From the NCBI GenBank assembly GCA_050916045.1, contig CP051526.1, positions 2,080,001 through 2,144,000 of the forward strand: DNA of 64,000 bases, in the 5' to 3' direction. Position numbers and translations under genes: made by a program. Origin of the DNA: Tepidisphaera sp. (lineage in GTDB: Bacteria > Planctomycetota > Phycisphaerae > Phycisphaerales > UBA1924). Shown piece after piece: positions 52,656-62,747 of the stretch. A model generated the notes under the pieces. The model did not search any database, was not told where the DNA came from, and saw only the letters and a list, made by a program, of their open reading frames with translations. Each line of letters begins with the position of its first letter. Position 1 is the stretch's first letter.

Positions 52656-54248
52656 ATGCAGAAACCAAGCTCGAAGTTCCGTTTCCGCCCGATCACCCGC
52701 GTCGTGACCGCGCTCGTGCTGGCGGCGACCGCCGCGTACGCCGCCCCCGCCGCCCGCGCTCAGGACGACTTCCTCGAGAAACTCAACAAGCGCGCTCGCG
52801 AGGTGCGGTCGGACCGCCGGTCCGACCTCATCCTCATCCCCCTGCTCGCCAAGATGACGCCGCCCCCCGCCGAGATCCAGGCCGACCTCGAAGCCGGCCC
52901 CGCGTGGATCCTCATCGACCCCTCCGTCACCGCACGCTGGGCCAAGATGAAAGCTTGGGCCGAAGCGGCTCCGCAGCAGGCCGCCCTCAAGGGCCTCGGT
53001 GACGCCGCCAAACAGTTCGACCGCAACGATCCCGGCATGGGCTGGGGCCTCCCCTACGGCGCCACCTCCGAAGCCATGGAAGCCGTCCGCGCCGATCTGC
53101 ACGTCGACCTGGGCTCGGAAGAGCCCACCATCGCCGAAGCGGACCCCAAGTACCTCGTCCGCATGCAGTGGCTCGAGGAACTCGCGCACGTCGAAGCCAC
53201 CCGCCTGCTCGCCGAGGGCCAGCCCGGCGAAGCAATCAACACCCTGATCAACATCACGTACATCGGCCGCCAGCTCGCCGATCGCGAACTCTCCTCCGAG
53301 GTCCGCGAAGGCTGCCGCATGATGATCACCGCGCTTGGCCGCGTGCGTGACATCGCGTACCAGGACTTCCGCGGCGAGCGCAAGCTCGACATCGCGACGC
53401 TCCGCGCCCTCATCGAGCGTTTCGCCGATGGCCAGTTCCGCATCGCCCGCATCCGCTTCCCGATGGGTGACCTCTACGCCATCGAGCAGCTCATCGCCCG
53501 CGCCTACGGCAACGGCGGCGCTCCCGACGGCGCTCGCCTGGGGCCGATGCTCGCCCGCATCGCCACCCGCCAGCATCCCCTGAAGATCTTCAACGAGTCC
53601 GCCCGCTGGACCGAAGCCGCCAAGTCGATGGGCGACCGCCGGTCGACCGAGGAGATTCTCGGCCAGGTCTACGGCGACTGGACAACCCGCTGGACGATCG
53701 ATCCCTTCGACCCGCGCATGCGGGCGACCTTCGAGTTCGAGAAGTTCTCGCGTCCGCGCTACCCGCTGGTCTCGCTCCTCTCCGACCTGACGGAGTTCTT
53801 TGACACGCGGCAGGTGATCAACACCGAGATCGTCGGCACCCGCGCCGCTCTCGGCCTGCTCGGCTACTTCTACCAGCAGCGTGCTTTCGCCCGCGTCCTC
53901 ACCTCCGCGCGTCCGGACTGGATCTCGGCCAAGGAAGCCGATCCGTTCAACCCTGACGAGCGTGATCGCGACGGCGTGCCCCCGCTTCGGTACATGCGGC
54001 CCATCACCGACGACGATCAGAAGCGTCCGCACGCCATGACGGTCGTCACCGGCAGCGGCTACAACTTCCGCCTGACCCTCGACGACTCGGTCTGGATGCT
54101 CTGGTCGGTCGGCTCCAACAGCGAGAACGACTTTGCCCGCTTTGTCCAGAACACGTCGAAGATGGTCTCGCGTGCCGACTACCTGATCTGGCCGCCGATC
54201 GAATCCCTGACCCGTCAGCACCTCAAGGACATCGGGGCTCTTCAGTAA
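52656..54248 (+). CDS. Exported hypothetical protein (mostly helical)
   Basis: Long ORF with host-like codon bias; signal peptide ending ARA-Q; 'LWSVGSN..ND' near the C-terminus. Confidence 0.75.
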   Translation: MQKPSSKFRFRPITRVVTALVLAATAAYAAPAARAQDDFLEKLNKRAREVRSDRRSDLILIPLLAKMTPPPAEIQADLEAGPAWILIDPSVTARWAKMKAWAEAAPQQAALKGLGDAAKQFDRNDPGMGWGLPYGATSEAMEAVRADLHVDLGSEEPTIAEADPKYLVRMQWLEELAHVEATRLLAEGQPGEAINTLINITYIGRQLADRELSSEVREGCRMMITALGRVRDIAYQDFRGERKLDIATLRALIERFADGQFRIARIRFPMGDLYAIEQLIARAYGNGGAPDGARLGPMLARIATRQHPLKIFNESARWTEAAKSMGDRRSTEEILGQVYGDWTTRWTIDPFDPRMRATFEFEKFSRPRYPLVSLLSDLTEFFDTRQVINTEIVGTRAALGLLGYFYQQRAFARVLTSARPDWISAKEADPFNPDERDRDGVPPLRYMRPITDDDQKRPHAMTVVTGSGYNFRLTLDDSVWMLWSVGSNSENDFARFVQNTSKMVSRADYLIWPPIESLTRQHLKDIGALQ

Positions 54249-54352
54249 GCGGCTGGAGTAAGCAACCGGCCGCCGGATCCGGCATCTAAGGCATGGGCGG
54301 GCGTCCTCACAACCTCGCCCCACGGACGCGAACCACGCGTCGGGAGTTCTGA

Positions 54353-55345
54353 TTGACCACCAGCGCCGTCGAACGTGTCGTCATCATCGGCTCCGGCCCC
54401 GCCGGATGGACCGCCGCCGTCTATGCCGCTCGGGCGAACCTCTCCCCGGTGGTTTACTGCGGCGTGCCCAAGCAGACGCCCTCGATCGTCCTCCCCGGCG
54501 GGCAGCTGATGCTCACCACCGAGGTTGAGAACTACCCCGGGTTCCCCCACGGCGTCATGGGGCCCGAGATGATGGGGATGTTCCAGAAGCAGGCCGAGCG
54601 ATTCGGCACCCGGGTCGTTCAGGCCGACATCGAACGCTGCGATTTCTCCAAGCGTCCCTTCGAGCTTCACACCGATGACGGCAACGGCGGCAAGGGCACC
54701 GTCCGGGCCCACTCGGTGATCATCGCGACTGGCGCGGTCGCCAACTGGCTCGGGCTTCCCAACGAGATGCGCCTGGCCACCAAGGGCGGCGGCGTCTCGG
54801 CGTGTGCCGTGTGCGACGGGGCTCTCCCCGCGTTCCGCAAGCAGCCCGTCGCCGTCGTCGGCGGCGGCGACACCGCGATGGAGGAAGCGACCTACCTCAC
54901 CAAGTTCGCGTCCGAGGTCATCGTCCTCCACCGCCGCGACTCCCTTCGCGCCAGCAAGATCATGCAGCAGCGGTTCCTCTCCCGCCCCAACGCCAAGGTG
55001 ATGTTCAACAAAGCCGTCGTCGACGTGCTCGGCGAAGACCGCATCTCCGGCGTCGTCATCGAAGACACGGTCACCAAGCAGCGGTCCGAACTGCCCGTCC
55101 GCGGCCTGTTCATCGCCATCGGACACACGCCCGCCACCGGGTTCCTCAACGGCAGCGGCGTCGAGCTCGACACCAGCGGCTACGTTGATCTCAAGACTCG
55201 CGGCAGCAGCACCAACATCGAGGGCGTCTTCGCCGCCGGTGACGTCGCCGACAGCCACTATCGCCAGGCCGTCACGGCCGCGGGAATGGGCTGTCAAGCC
55301 GCCATAGACGCCGAGCGCTGGCTCGCGACGCAGGACGTGCACTGA
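54353..55345 (+). CDS. trxB: Thioredoxin reductase
   Basis: 'IIGSGPAG', 'ENYPGF', redox 'CAVCD', 'VGGGDTAMEEA', 'AAGDV', 'RQAVTAAG'. Confidence 0.96.
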   Translation: MTTSAVERVVIIGSGPAGWTAAVYAARANLSPVVYCGVPKQTPSIVLPGGQLMLTTEVENYPGFPHGVMGPEMMGMFQKQAERFGTRVVQADIERCDFSKRPFELHTDDGNGGKGTVRAHSVIIATGAVANWLGLPNEMRLATKGGGVSACAVCDGALPAFRKQPVAVVGGGDTAMEEATYLTKFASEVIVLHRRDSLRASKIMQQRFLSRPNAKVMFNKAVVDVLGEDRISGVVIEDTVTKQRSELPVRGLFIAIGHTPATGFLNGSGVELDTSGYVDLKTRGSSTNIEGVFAAGDVADSHYRQAVTAAGMGCQAAIDAERWLATQDVH

Positions 55346-55371
55346 GCGTCCCTTGGTCCAAAGCACCGGAT

Positions 55372-56691
55372 TCAGTTCAGATCAACGATCGCTCCCGCCG
55401 CATCCAGATGCAGGCGAAGCCGTGAATCGAGCAGCCCGCGGACCATCTTGGGCTCGGTCGTCACCAGATGTTCGCGCGGCTTGACCGCGCCCACACGCTT
55501 GGCCAGTTCCGGAATCGCGCCTCGCAGCACCGCCGTGTTCACTTCGACCCACGACGCGCACGCCGTGAGGTCCGCAACGGCTTGGGAGACGTTCCGGTCC
55601 GGCGTGGCCATCGCGAGGACGTGGACCTCTCCTTCCGGCGAGACCGCGATCTCGACGCCGGGAGCGAAGGGGCAGCGGACATCAACGCTTCGAAGCCCGG
55701 AGAAGCGCGGCGTGATCGACGCGGCGGCTTGCCCGGTCTCAGGAACGGCGCTCTCGGTGCTCTGGGGTTCGGTCGCTTTCGACGGCTGAAGCGGAGCGAT
55801 CACGCTTCGAAGGAACGCCGCGGGGGAACCCGCCGCATTTCCGAGGAAGAGCGGGATCGGCCGCGTCGGCCCGATCTTGTCGGAAACGACTTCGCATGCC
55901 ACCGCGTGCGACAGGAACGAAGCGGTCGTGCGCTCCAAGCGAGCGGCGGCGTCGCGAGAACGCTCTTCCGGCCCGCCGAGCACGACCACGGCGAGTTCGG
56001 TATGCCCCTCGCGGATGGATTCCTGGTGGACCATGCCCTTGAGGGCGCGGTAGCACGCGACCACGGCCGTGTCGTGCGATCCGGTCAGGATGGCGACGCG
56101 GCGGACGCCCGGCATCATGGCGGTTTCGATCTCGCGGGTCTCGTCGACGCTGACGATCAGCGTTTCGGCGAAGGACGAAGCCGCGACAATGGCTTCGGAA
56201 AGCGAAGCGGGCTTGTGAAGCGGGTCAAGCCCGGCGGCTCCTGGAGCAACGCCGAAGAGATCAATCGCGGCGGACTCGCCCCGCCAGCGGAGGAGGACCA
56301 CCGGCGAACCGACCTGTTTCTGGCGGTGCTTGGCGTACTGCTGAACCCACGCGGAAGCCGCGACGGGCAGGTGGCCGATCACGACCACCTCGGCTCGCAT
56401 CTGCACGGGTTCGTGCCGAACGGTCGTGGCGATATCACGGGCCTGGCGGGCATCGGCCGGAGCGGGTGCCGACGGCTTGGCTCGCAAGGGTTCGGCCTTC
56501 AGCGGGGGCAGGGGCAGATCGTCAACGTCGAACATCTCGGTTGCGGGCGTTGATGTGGGCAGGTCACCCAGAAAAAGCTCGGTGAGTTGCTCGATGGGGT
56601 CGGCCGGATCGCTCAGACCGCCGAGGGGGCGACGCCCGGGCTTGAGGCCCTGCGGAGAACGCGGAGCGGTGTGGGGCGAACCTTCGTGCAT
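55372..56691 (-). CDS. Hypothetical protein with a degenerate MinD/FlhG-like central region
   Basis: 13 nt downstream of the ParA fusion; 'ILTGSHDTAVVACYRALK' resembles the FlhG/MinD 'VTTPEPTAI.DAYALIK' segment; no Walker A. Confidence 0.65.
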   Translation of the reverse strand: MHEGSPHTAPRSPQGLKPGRRPLGGLSDPADPIEQLTELFLGDLPTSTPATEMFDVDDLPLPPLKAEPLRAKPSAPAPADARQARDIATTVRHEPVQMRAEVVVIGHLPVAASAWVQQYAKHRQKQVGSPVVLLRWRGESAAIDLFGVAPGAAGLDPLHKPASLSEAIVAASSFAETLIVSVDETREIETAMMPGVRRVAILTGSHDTAVVACYRALKGMVHQESIREGHTELAVVVLGGPEERSRDAAARLERTTASFLSHAVACEVVSDKIGPTRPIPLFLGNAAGSPAAFLRSVIAPLQPSKATEPQSTESAVPETGQAAASITPRFSGLRSVDVRCPFAPGVEIAVSPEGEVHVLAMATPDRNVSQAVADLTACASWVEVNTAVLRGAIPELAKRVGAVKPREHLVTTEPKMVRGLLDSRLRLHLDAAGAIVDLN

Positions 56692-56704
56692 GCTCGATCC
56701 AAGG

Positions 56705-58201
56705 TTAGGCGCTTGTCATCATCGCTTCCGTCACGGGCTTGACGCTGCAGAGGTTGTTGGGCTCGCCGAACGGGTTGTGCTGGACGCAGGGGTTGTGGTC
56801 ATCGGCGGCCCAGACGCCATCGACCACCAAGCGGTACTGGTGTTCGCCCGGCGGGAGCGGGAGACACGTCTCGAACGTGCCGGCTTCCTCGTTGCGACGC
56901 ATCGGGGTGGCGGTGGGCGACCAGCCGTTGAAGGAGCCGGCGATCGCGACGGTGCGGCCAAGGGTCAGGGGCTGCACGAAGAGGACCCCCTGCGAGGTGG
57001 CGCGGACGCCGAAGAGGGAGTTGACCGGGGCACGGCCTGGCTTGACCTCGACATCGGACACCAGGCGGAGTTCGGGGCGGCCGGGGCCGGCCGTCCAGCC
57101 GGCATCGGGCCCTTCGCGGCGGAGGAGCTTCTGGGCACGCAGGACCAGCTCGGCCGCCCGATTGGCGGGAGCGGGGGCCGCAGCCGGGGCGGGAGCCAGC
57201 GTGGCGGCGGCGAGGGCATTGTCGACCTCGGCGGCGAGCGGCGCGGGCTGGAGCTCGATCGACTGGGCCGCGACGGTGCGGGAGGCCGCCGTGGAACTGG
57301 CCGCAGGTTCGGCTTCGGGCTGTTCCTGCTCAGAGGAATCCTCGGATTCCGTGGCTTCGGACGAGTCGGGGAGCATGTCGTCGAGCGGGGTGGGCGTGAT
57401 AGCGCGGCTGGAGAGCCCCTTGCGAAGACCGAGGGTTTCGAGAAGCCACATCGCGAGATCGGAGTAGTCCTTCGCGCCCTCGCTTTCCGCGGCGTACTCG
57501 TGGATCGACTGGCCGAAGCTCGACGCTTCGCGGAGCTTGGGGTCGCGGCGGACGACGACGGGAGCGACATGGTGCGAGAAGCGGCGACGGAGCTCTTCGA
57601 GCAGGTCGCCCGCGACCGCGCTGGATTCGTCGTGGATGGTGGCGAGGAGCGAGGACTGGATCGTGAGGCCTAGACGCTTGGCGAGGCTCTTGATCGTCGC
57701 GACCTGCTTGGTTGCGCCCTGAAGCGAGAAGTACCCGGTTTCGACCGGAATCAGCACGTAACTCGCGGCACAGAGGGCGTTGTACGTGAGCAGGCCGATA
57801 CTGGGCGAGCTGTCGATGATGGCGATGTCGTACTCGGTCTTGAAGCGTTCGAGCACGTTGGCCAGCCGACGCTCACGGTCGGGGCGCTCGGCGAGGCCGC
57901 CGCGGAGTGCTTCGAGCCCGGCGAGCTTCATGCGGCTTGGGGCAAGGTCGAGATTGCGGCCGGCACGCCAGAGAAGGCGGGTGGCATCGATGGGGCGGTT
58001 GGGCGGCGAGAGCATCGCGTCGCCGATGTCGAGATCGATCTTGTTTTCGGGAATGCCCAGGCCCGCGGCGCAGTGCGACTGCGGATCCATGTCGACGAGG
58101 AGCACGCGGAGGCCGCTTTTGGCCAGTGCGGCGGAGAGGTTGATCGCCGAGGTCGTTTTGCCGCAACCGCCCTTTTGATTGATGATCGTGACAACGCGCA
58201 T
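56705..58201 (-). CDS. ParA/Soj-family ATPase fused to a C-terminal AMPK-beta-like glycogen-binding (CBM48) domain
   Basis: '[10 protein letters not shown]', 'DMDPQ', 'IIDSSP'; acidic/Ala linker; '[10 protein letters not shown]...[20 protein letters not shown]...NPFG..N'. Confidence 0.9.
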   Translation of the reverse strand: MRVVTIINQKGGCGKTTSAINLSAALAKSGLRVLLVDMDPQSHCAAGLGIPENKIDLDIGDAMLSPPNRPIDATRLLWRAGRNLDLAPSRMKLAGLEALRGGLAERPDRERRLANVLERFKTEYDIAIIDSSPSIGLLTYNALCAASYVLIPVETGYFSLQGATKQVATIKSLAKRLGLTIQSSLLATIHDESSAVAGDLLEELRRRFSHHVAPVVVRRDPKLREASSFGQSIHEYAAESEGAKDYSDLAMWLLETLGLRKGLSSRAITPTPLDDMLPDSSEATESEDSSEQEQPEAEPAASSTAASRTVAAQSIELQPAPLAAEVDNALAAATLAPAPAAAPAPANRAAELVLRAQKLLRREGPDAGWTAGPGRPELRLVSDVEVKPGRAPVNSLFGVRATSQGVLFVQPLTLGRTVAIAGSFNGWSPTATPMRRNEEAGTFETCLPLPPGEHQYRLVVDGVWAADDHNPCVQHNPFGEPNNLCSVKPVTEAMMTSA

Positions 58202-58430
58202 CGTGCAAAGTCCTCCGTGCACCCGCGCCTCATGCGCGAGCGAAGATCTCCGGATCCATCGCTGGATTCGGACCCACCCCCCTTATTCAGTTCCCTCCGT
58301 GATGAACGCAAGCCGCACTCTCACCCGCGGCCGTACCCGGAAGAACCCCGGTTACACGTACAGAATCACCTATCGGACGCGACCTTTCGCGTCCTTGAAA
58401 GCTTTTTTGGAAGGTACGGTCAAGATGGGG

Positions 58431-59609
58431 TCAATGCCTCATCGCATCCACCGCCGCCGAGACCCGCTCCACCGGCGGATTTTCGATGATCCGGGCCCGA
58501 AAGCCGTCCACGGGAACCACAAACCGGAGCGTGCCGCCGACCGTCTTTTTGTCGTGCGACATCCGCTCGATCAGCTCGGGCGTCGCGGGCAAACCGGCCA
58601 CTTTCGTCGGCAATTCCAGCGAGCGGAGCAGGGACGAAATCCGCTCGCCTGTCTCCGGGCTCAGTAGCCCCAGCCCGGCCCCCAGCGAGCAGGCGGCACA
58701 CAGGCCTAGGGAAATCGCCTCACCATGAAAGAGGGGGGCGTTTCGGGGATTGTCATCCGGGGAAAGGTGCGGGATCGTCTCGATCGCGTGTCCGAACGTG
58801 TGGCCGAGATTCAGGAGGGCGCGGCCGCCGGCGGCGCTAGGAAGCTCCTCGCGCTCATCCCCCGCGACCACCTCGGCTTTCACGGAAACGTTCCGAGACA
58901 CCAGCACGGTGAGCGTGGATTCGTCCAGTTCGCGAATCCTGCCCGCTTGGGCTGTGATCCACTCCAGAAGCGTCGGGTCGCCGCAATCCGCCCCGATCAT
59001 GCCGTGCTTGACACACTCGGCCAGACCCGAGTTGAACTCGCGCCGCGGCAGCGAGCGGAGCGTCGAAACATCCGCGAGCACCGCACGCGGCTGGTGAAAG
59101 GCTCCCACGAGGTTCTTCAGCAGGGCGCCGCCGGCTTCAAGGTTCGCCCCGGTCTTGCCGCCGACGGAAGCATCCACCATCGAAAGCAGCGTCGTGGGGC
59201 ACTGGATCACCGGCACGCCGCGGCGGTAGACCGCGGCCGCGAACCCGGCGAGATCGCCGACGATGCCGCCGCCGAGCGCGATGACCGGCTCGCCGCGTTC
59301 AAGCCGCGCCTGCGAGAGCGCGACGAGCAGTCTTTCGAGCTGCGCGAGCGACTTGTCGGTTTCCGATGCATGGGCCGAAATCGTTGTGACTTCCAGCCCC
59401 GCCGCGGCGAGCGAGCCGCGAGCGCGGTCGACCGTCTCGACCGGCAGCTTGTCATCCACGACGAGCGCGGCGCGTCGAACGCGTCTGCCGTGCGGGGTGA
59501 CATGGCGCGCCCAGTGGCCGACCTCGTCGAGCACGCCCGGCCCGATCGTCACGTCGTACGAACGCTCGGCGAGGTCGACGCGGACGACTTGTCGGGCGGG
59601 CGTCCCCAT
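58431..59609 (-). CDS. aroB: 3-dehydroquinate synthase
   Basis: 'GGGIVGDLAGF', 'PTTLLSMVDASVGGKTG', 'KNLVGAFHQP', 'LNLGHTFGHA', 'HGEA'. Confidence 0.96.
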   Translation of the reverse strand: MGTPARQVVRVDLAERSYDVTIGPGVLDEVGHWARHVTPHGRRVRRAALVVDDKLPVETVDRARGSLAAAGLEVTTISAHASETDKSLAQLERLLVALSQARLERGEPVIALGGGIVGDLAGFAAAVYRRGVPVIQCPTTLLSMVDASVGGKTGANLEAGGALLKNLVGAFHQPRAVLADVSTLRSLPRREFNSGLAECVKHGMIGADCGDPTLLEWITAQAGRIRELDESTLTVLVSRNVSVKAEVVAGDEREELPSAAGGRALLNLGHTFGHAIETIPHLSPDDNPRNAPLFHGEAISLGLCAACSLGAGLGLLSPETGERISSLLRSLELPTKVAGLPATPELIERMSHDKKTVGGTLRFVVPVDGFRARIIENPPVERVSAAVDAMRH

Positions 59610-59612
59610 CGG

Positions 59613-60482
59613 TCATTCCTCCGGCATGTCGGCGGATTCGTCCCCGTCGGTCGCATCGTCGTCGATATGGTCCGGCTGCGGCTGCGGAGCCGCGACGACA
59701 CGCCGGTTGCGGACCGGCGGCTTCTCGCCCGGAGCACGCTCCCACGGCACCTTGGGCGCGTCGCCCCACATCATTTCGAGGTCGTAGTACGCGCGGGTGT
59801 TGGGCTCAAAGAGGTGGACGACGACATCGACGAAGTCCGCGAGGACCCAGGTGGCCCGGTCGTCGACGCTTCGACGGACGATCGAGTTCCCGCTGGCGGC
59901 CCCGAGTTCGGCGACGTCATCGAGCACGGACCGCATCTGGCGATCGGACGTGCCGGTGCCGATCACGATGAAATCCGAGACGGAGGTGAGCTTGGTGACA
60001 TCGAGCACGACGATGTCGGTGCACTTGTCGTCGCTGAGGAGGCGAGCGGCTTCGATCGCGAAGGCGCGGGACTCATCGATGGGCGTCTTCTTGGGGGGCG
60101 TGCCGGAGATCGCGACGAACCCGGTCGCGGCGGGCTGGGCTTCCACGACCGGCGCCGGAGCGGGCGCGGGCTTGGGGGCTTTGGCGGGCTTGCTCGCCGG
60201 CGGATTGGCTGGCGCACGAGCGGGCGCACTGGCCGCCTTGTTCACGGGCTTGCCAGCGGGCTTCTTCGCGGGCGGAGCGGCTTTCTTGGCCGGTTTGCTC
60301 GCGGGGCCTTTGGAAGCTTTGGAGGCGGCTTTCAAGGCCGGCTTCTTGGCGGCGGGCTTCGCCGCGGATTTCGCCGCAGGCTTTGCCGCCGGCTTGGAGG
60401 CTTTCGCCGATGACTTGGCTGGCGCTTTCGCCGAGGGTTTCGCAGAGGGCTTGGATGCTTTTTTGGTGACTTTCTTGGCCAT
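59613..60482 (-). CDS. rsfS: Ribosome silencing factor RsfS with a long Lys/Ala/Pro-rich N-terminal extension
   Basis: 'DDKCTDIVVLDV', 'DFIVIGTGTSDRQM', 'WVLADFVDVVVHLF', 'YYDLEMMW'; ATG at 60482 (MAKKVTKK). Confidence 0.9.
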   Translation of the reverse strand: MAKKVTKKASKPSAKPSAKAPAKSSAKASKPAAKPAAKSAAKPAAKKPALKAASKASKGPASKPAKKAAPPAKKPAGKPVNKAASAPARAPANPPASKPAKAPKPAPAPAPVVEAQPAATGFVAISGTPPKKTPIDESRAFAIEAARLLSDDKCTDIVVLDVTKLTSVSDFIVIGTGTSDRQMRSVLDDVAELGAASGNSIVRRSVDDRATWVLADFVDVVVHLFEPNTRAYYDLEMMWGDAPKVPWERAPGEKPPVRNRRVVAAPQPQPDHIDDDATDGDESADMPEE

Positions 60483-60544
60483 TGGGCAACGATAGGCCGC
60501 CCGTTCGGTTCGCCCGGGATCGCGGGATCGACCGGCGACGCGGC

Positions 60545-61414
60545 TTATCCGATGGGGATGCGAGCCGTCGGCGCATCCGGCTGAGCGATCGTCATCTCGT
60601 ACCCCGCTCCCGCGTGCTCCATCGCCGCACGCTCGGGCGTGTTGCACTGCCGCGAAAGATGGAGGAGCACGACGTGTTTGGACGGCGCGACGCGGCGGGC
60701 AAGCTCGGCCGACTGCTGGTTCGAAAGGTGCCCGGTGCCGCCCATGACCCGCCGCTTGAGAAACTCCGGCCGGTCGGACTCTCGCTCCATCACGGGGCAG
60801 TAATTGCTCTCGATCGCGAGGACATCCACGCCCGCGAGATGCTTGGCAAGATCATCCGTCGGCCGCCCGACATCCGTCGCCCAGCCGAGATGCCGCGGCT
60901 TGCCGCCGGCACCGACGACGAACCGGAAGCTCGCCGAGCCAAGCTCATCGTGCGGCGCGATATGGGCTCTCGCGTGCACCCCGGGGACCGGCTCGAACAT
61001 GTCCGTAAATGGAAGGGTGCGGCGGTGCAGAAGCCCCTGACGGTCCGCCCGGCCCACATGCCGGCGGTGCATGTAAAGCGGCACTTCACGCGGCAGCAAT
61101 GCGTCCGCTTCGCGCGTCCCCTGGCACCACGGTGGAGAGAGATGATCCGTGTCCAGATGCGTCACGACCGCCGCGACGATCGGTACGTCCGCGAGGCCCG
61201 CTTCAAGCAAAAGCCGCTTGCAACGCCTCGGCGACACACCCAGATCGATGAGCACCATCCGCGGCCCCTCGCTCGTCTCAAGCACCAGCGCCGAACAGTT
61301 GCCCCCCGAGCTGCTCGCGAGCACCACCACCGCCGCCGACTGGATCGCCGCCCGCGACGAAACCGCCGGAAAGAGCACCGGATCGGGCATCGGGATGAAG
61401 AGGTTTCCTTGCAT
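60545..61414 (-). CDS. MBL-fold metallo-hydrolase (YycJ/PhnP-like)
   Basis: 'LASSSGGN', 'THLDTDH', 'PHD', 'ATD', 'IESNY', 'GHLSN', 'HLS'; start uncertain (61414 or 61390). Confidence 0.85.
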   Translation of the reverse strand: MQGNLFIPMPDPVLFPAVSSRAAIQSAAVVVLASSSGGNCSALVLETSEGPRMVLIDLGVSPRRCKRLLLEAGLADVPIVAAVVTHLDTDHLSPPWCQGTREADALLPREVPLYMHRRHVGRADRQGLLHRRTLPFTDMFEPVPGVHARAHIAPHDELGSASFRFVVGAGGKPRHLGWATDVGRPTDDLAKHLAGVDVLAIESNYCPVMERESDRPEFLKRRVMGGTGHLSNQQSAELARRVAPSKHVVLLHLSRQCNTPERAAMEHAGAGYEMTIAQPDAPTARIPIG

Positions 61415-61568
61415 GCAGCTGAAGACACAGGATAACACGCCGATGCTCACGACGGATGACGTGGCTCCCGGCCTCGTCGCCGCCGACCCGGCTTTGCTCG
61501 CGTCGAACCTTCCGGAGGAAATCCCCCTGACTCGCGCTGCGGGCTCTGAACGAGCGCTAAACTTTGAG

Positions 61569-62747
61569 GTGAACCACCCTGTCCCCCACTTCTTCGAGTT
61601 GACTCCCGAAACCCTCGCCGCTTGGTGCGACAAGGAGGGGATCGGCGGCGGCCGCAAGTTCGTCGCCCACCAGATCATGGAGTGGGTCTACCAGAAGGGC
61701 ATCATCGAGCCCGAGAAGATGTCCAATCTCTCCAAGCTCGACCGCCAGAAGCTCGCCGAGAAGATGACCTTCCTCTCGGGCAAGACCGTTCAGCATCAGA
61801 AAGCCTCGGACGGCGTGCAGAAGCTGCTCATCGAGTGGGACCAGGGCAACCGGGCCCTCACCGAGCAGGCCGCGCAGGAAGCCGAAGCCGGCTCCATCAG
61901 CTTGCCGATGGCCAAGGTCTCCGGGGCTTCCTCCGCGCTCCAGACCGAATGCGTCATGATCCCCGTCGACGACCGCAAGACCGCGTGCATCTCCTCGCAG
62001 GTCGGCTGCCCCGTCGGCTGCAAGTTCTGTGCAAGCGGGATTGGCGGCCTCGACGGCAACCTCTCAACCGGCCGCATCGTGGAGCAGGTCTGGCGTCTTG
62101 GCCAACTCCCCGGCATCGAGCGTATCTCCAACATCGTCTTCATGGGTATGGGTGAGCCGCTCTCGAACTTTTCGGCGGTCACGGGCGCGATCCGCATCCT
62201 GGCTTCGCTCTGGGCGACGGGCATCTCCGCTCGCAAGATCACGATCTCGACGGTCGGCCTGCCGAAAGCGATCACCCGCCTCGCGGAGGAGTTCGAGCTC
62301 CCCGTGACCCTTGCCCTGTCGCTCCACGCTCCCAACGACGACATCCGCCGCCAGCTCATCCCGTGGGCGGAGTACACGACCATCGCGGACCTGCTGGACG
62401 CCTGCCAGAAGTGGTTCGACAAGACCGGCCGCGAGATCACGCTCGAGTACACCCTGCTCCACAACGTCAACGACCGACCCAAGCACGCCAAGGAACTCGC
62501 GAGCATCGCCAAGACGCTCCGCGCCAACGTCAACCTCATCCGGTACAACGAGGTGGCGGGGATGCCCTTTGAGCGGCCGCGCGACGCAAACGTCCTCGAG
62601 TTCCAGAAGATCCTCAAGGATTCGCAGATCAACGTCCACATCCGCGCCAGCCGCGGGCGCGACATCAAAGCCGCGTGCGGCCAGCTCCGACACGAATCCG
62701 TGAAAGCCGGCGCGAACACCGCCGCGGGAGCGGGCACGCCCGGATGA
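61569..62747 (+). CDS. rlmN: 23S rRNA (A2503-C2) methyltransferase RlmN
   Basis: Radical SAM 'CISSQVGCPVGCKFC', 'MGMGEP', 'LSLHAP', 'AACGQL'; start uncertain. Confidence 0.93.
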   Translation: MNHPVPHFFELTPETLAAWCDKEGIGGGRKFVAHQIMEWVYQKGIIEPEKMSNLSKLDRQKLAEKMTFLSGKTVQHQKASDGVQKLLIEWDQGNRALTEQAAQEAEAGSISLPMAKVSGASSALQTECVMIPVDDRKTACISSQVGCPVGCKFCASGIGGLDGNLSTGRIVEQVWRLGQLPGIERISNIVFMGMGEPLSNFSAVTGAIRILASLWATGISARKITISTVGLPKAITRLAEEFELPVTLALSLHAPNDDIRRQLIPWAEYTTIADLLDACQKWFDKTGREITLEYTLLHNVNDRPKHAKELASIAKTLRANVNLIRYNEVAGMPFERPRDANVLEFQKILKDSQINVHIRASRGRDIKAACGQLRHESVKAGANTAAGAGTPG

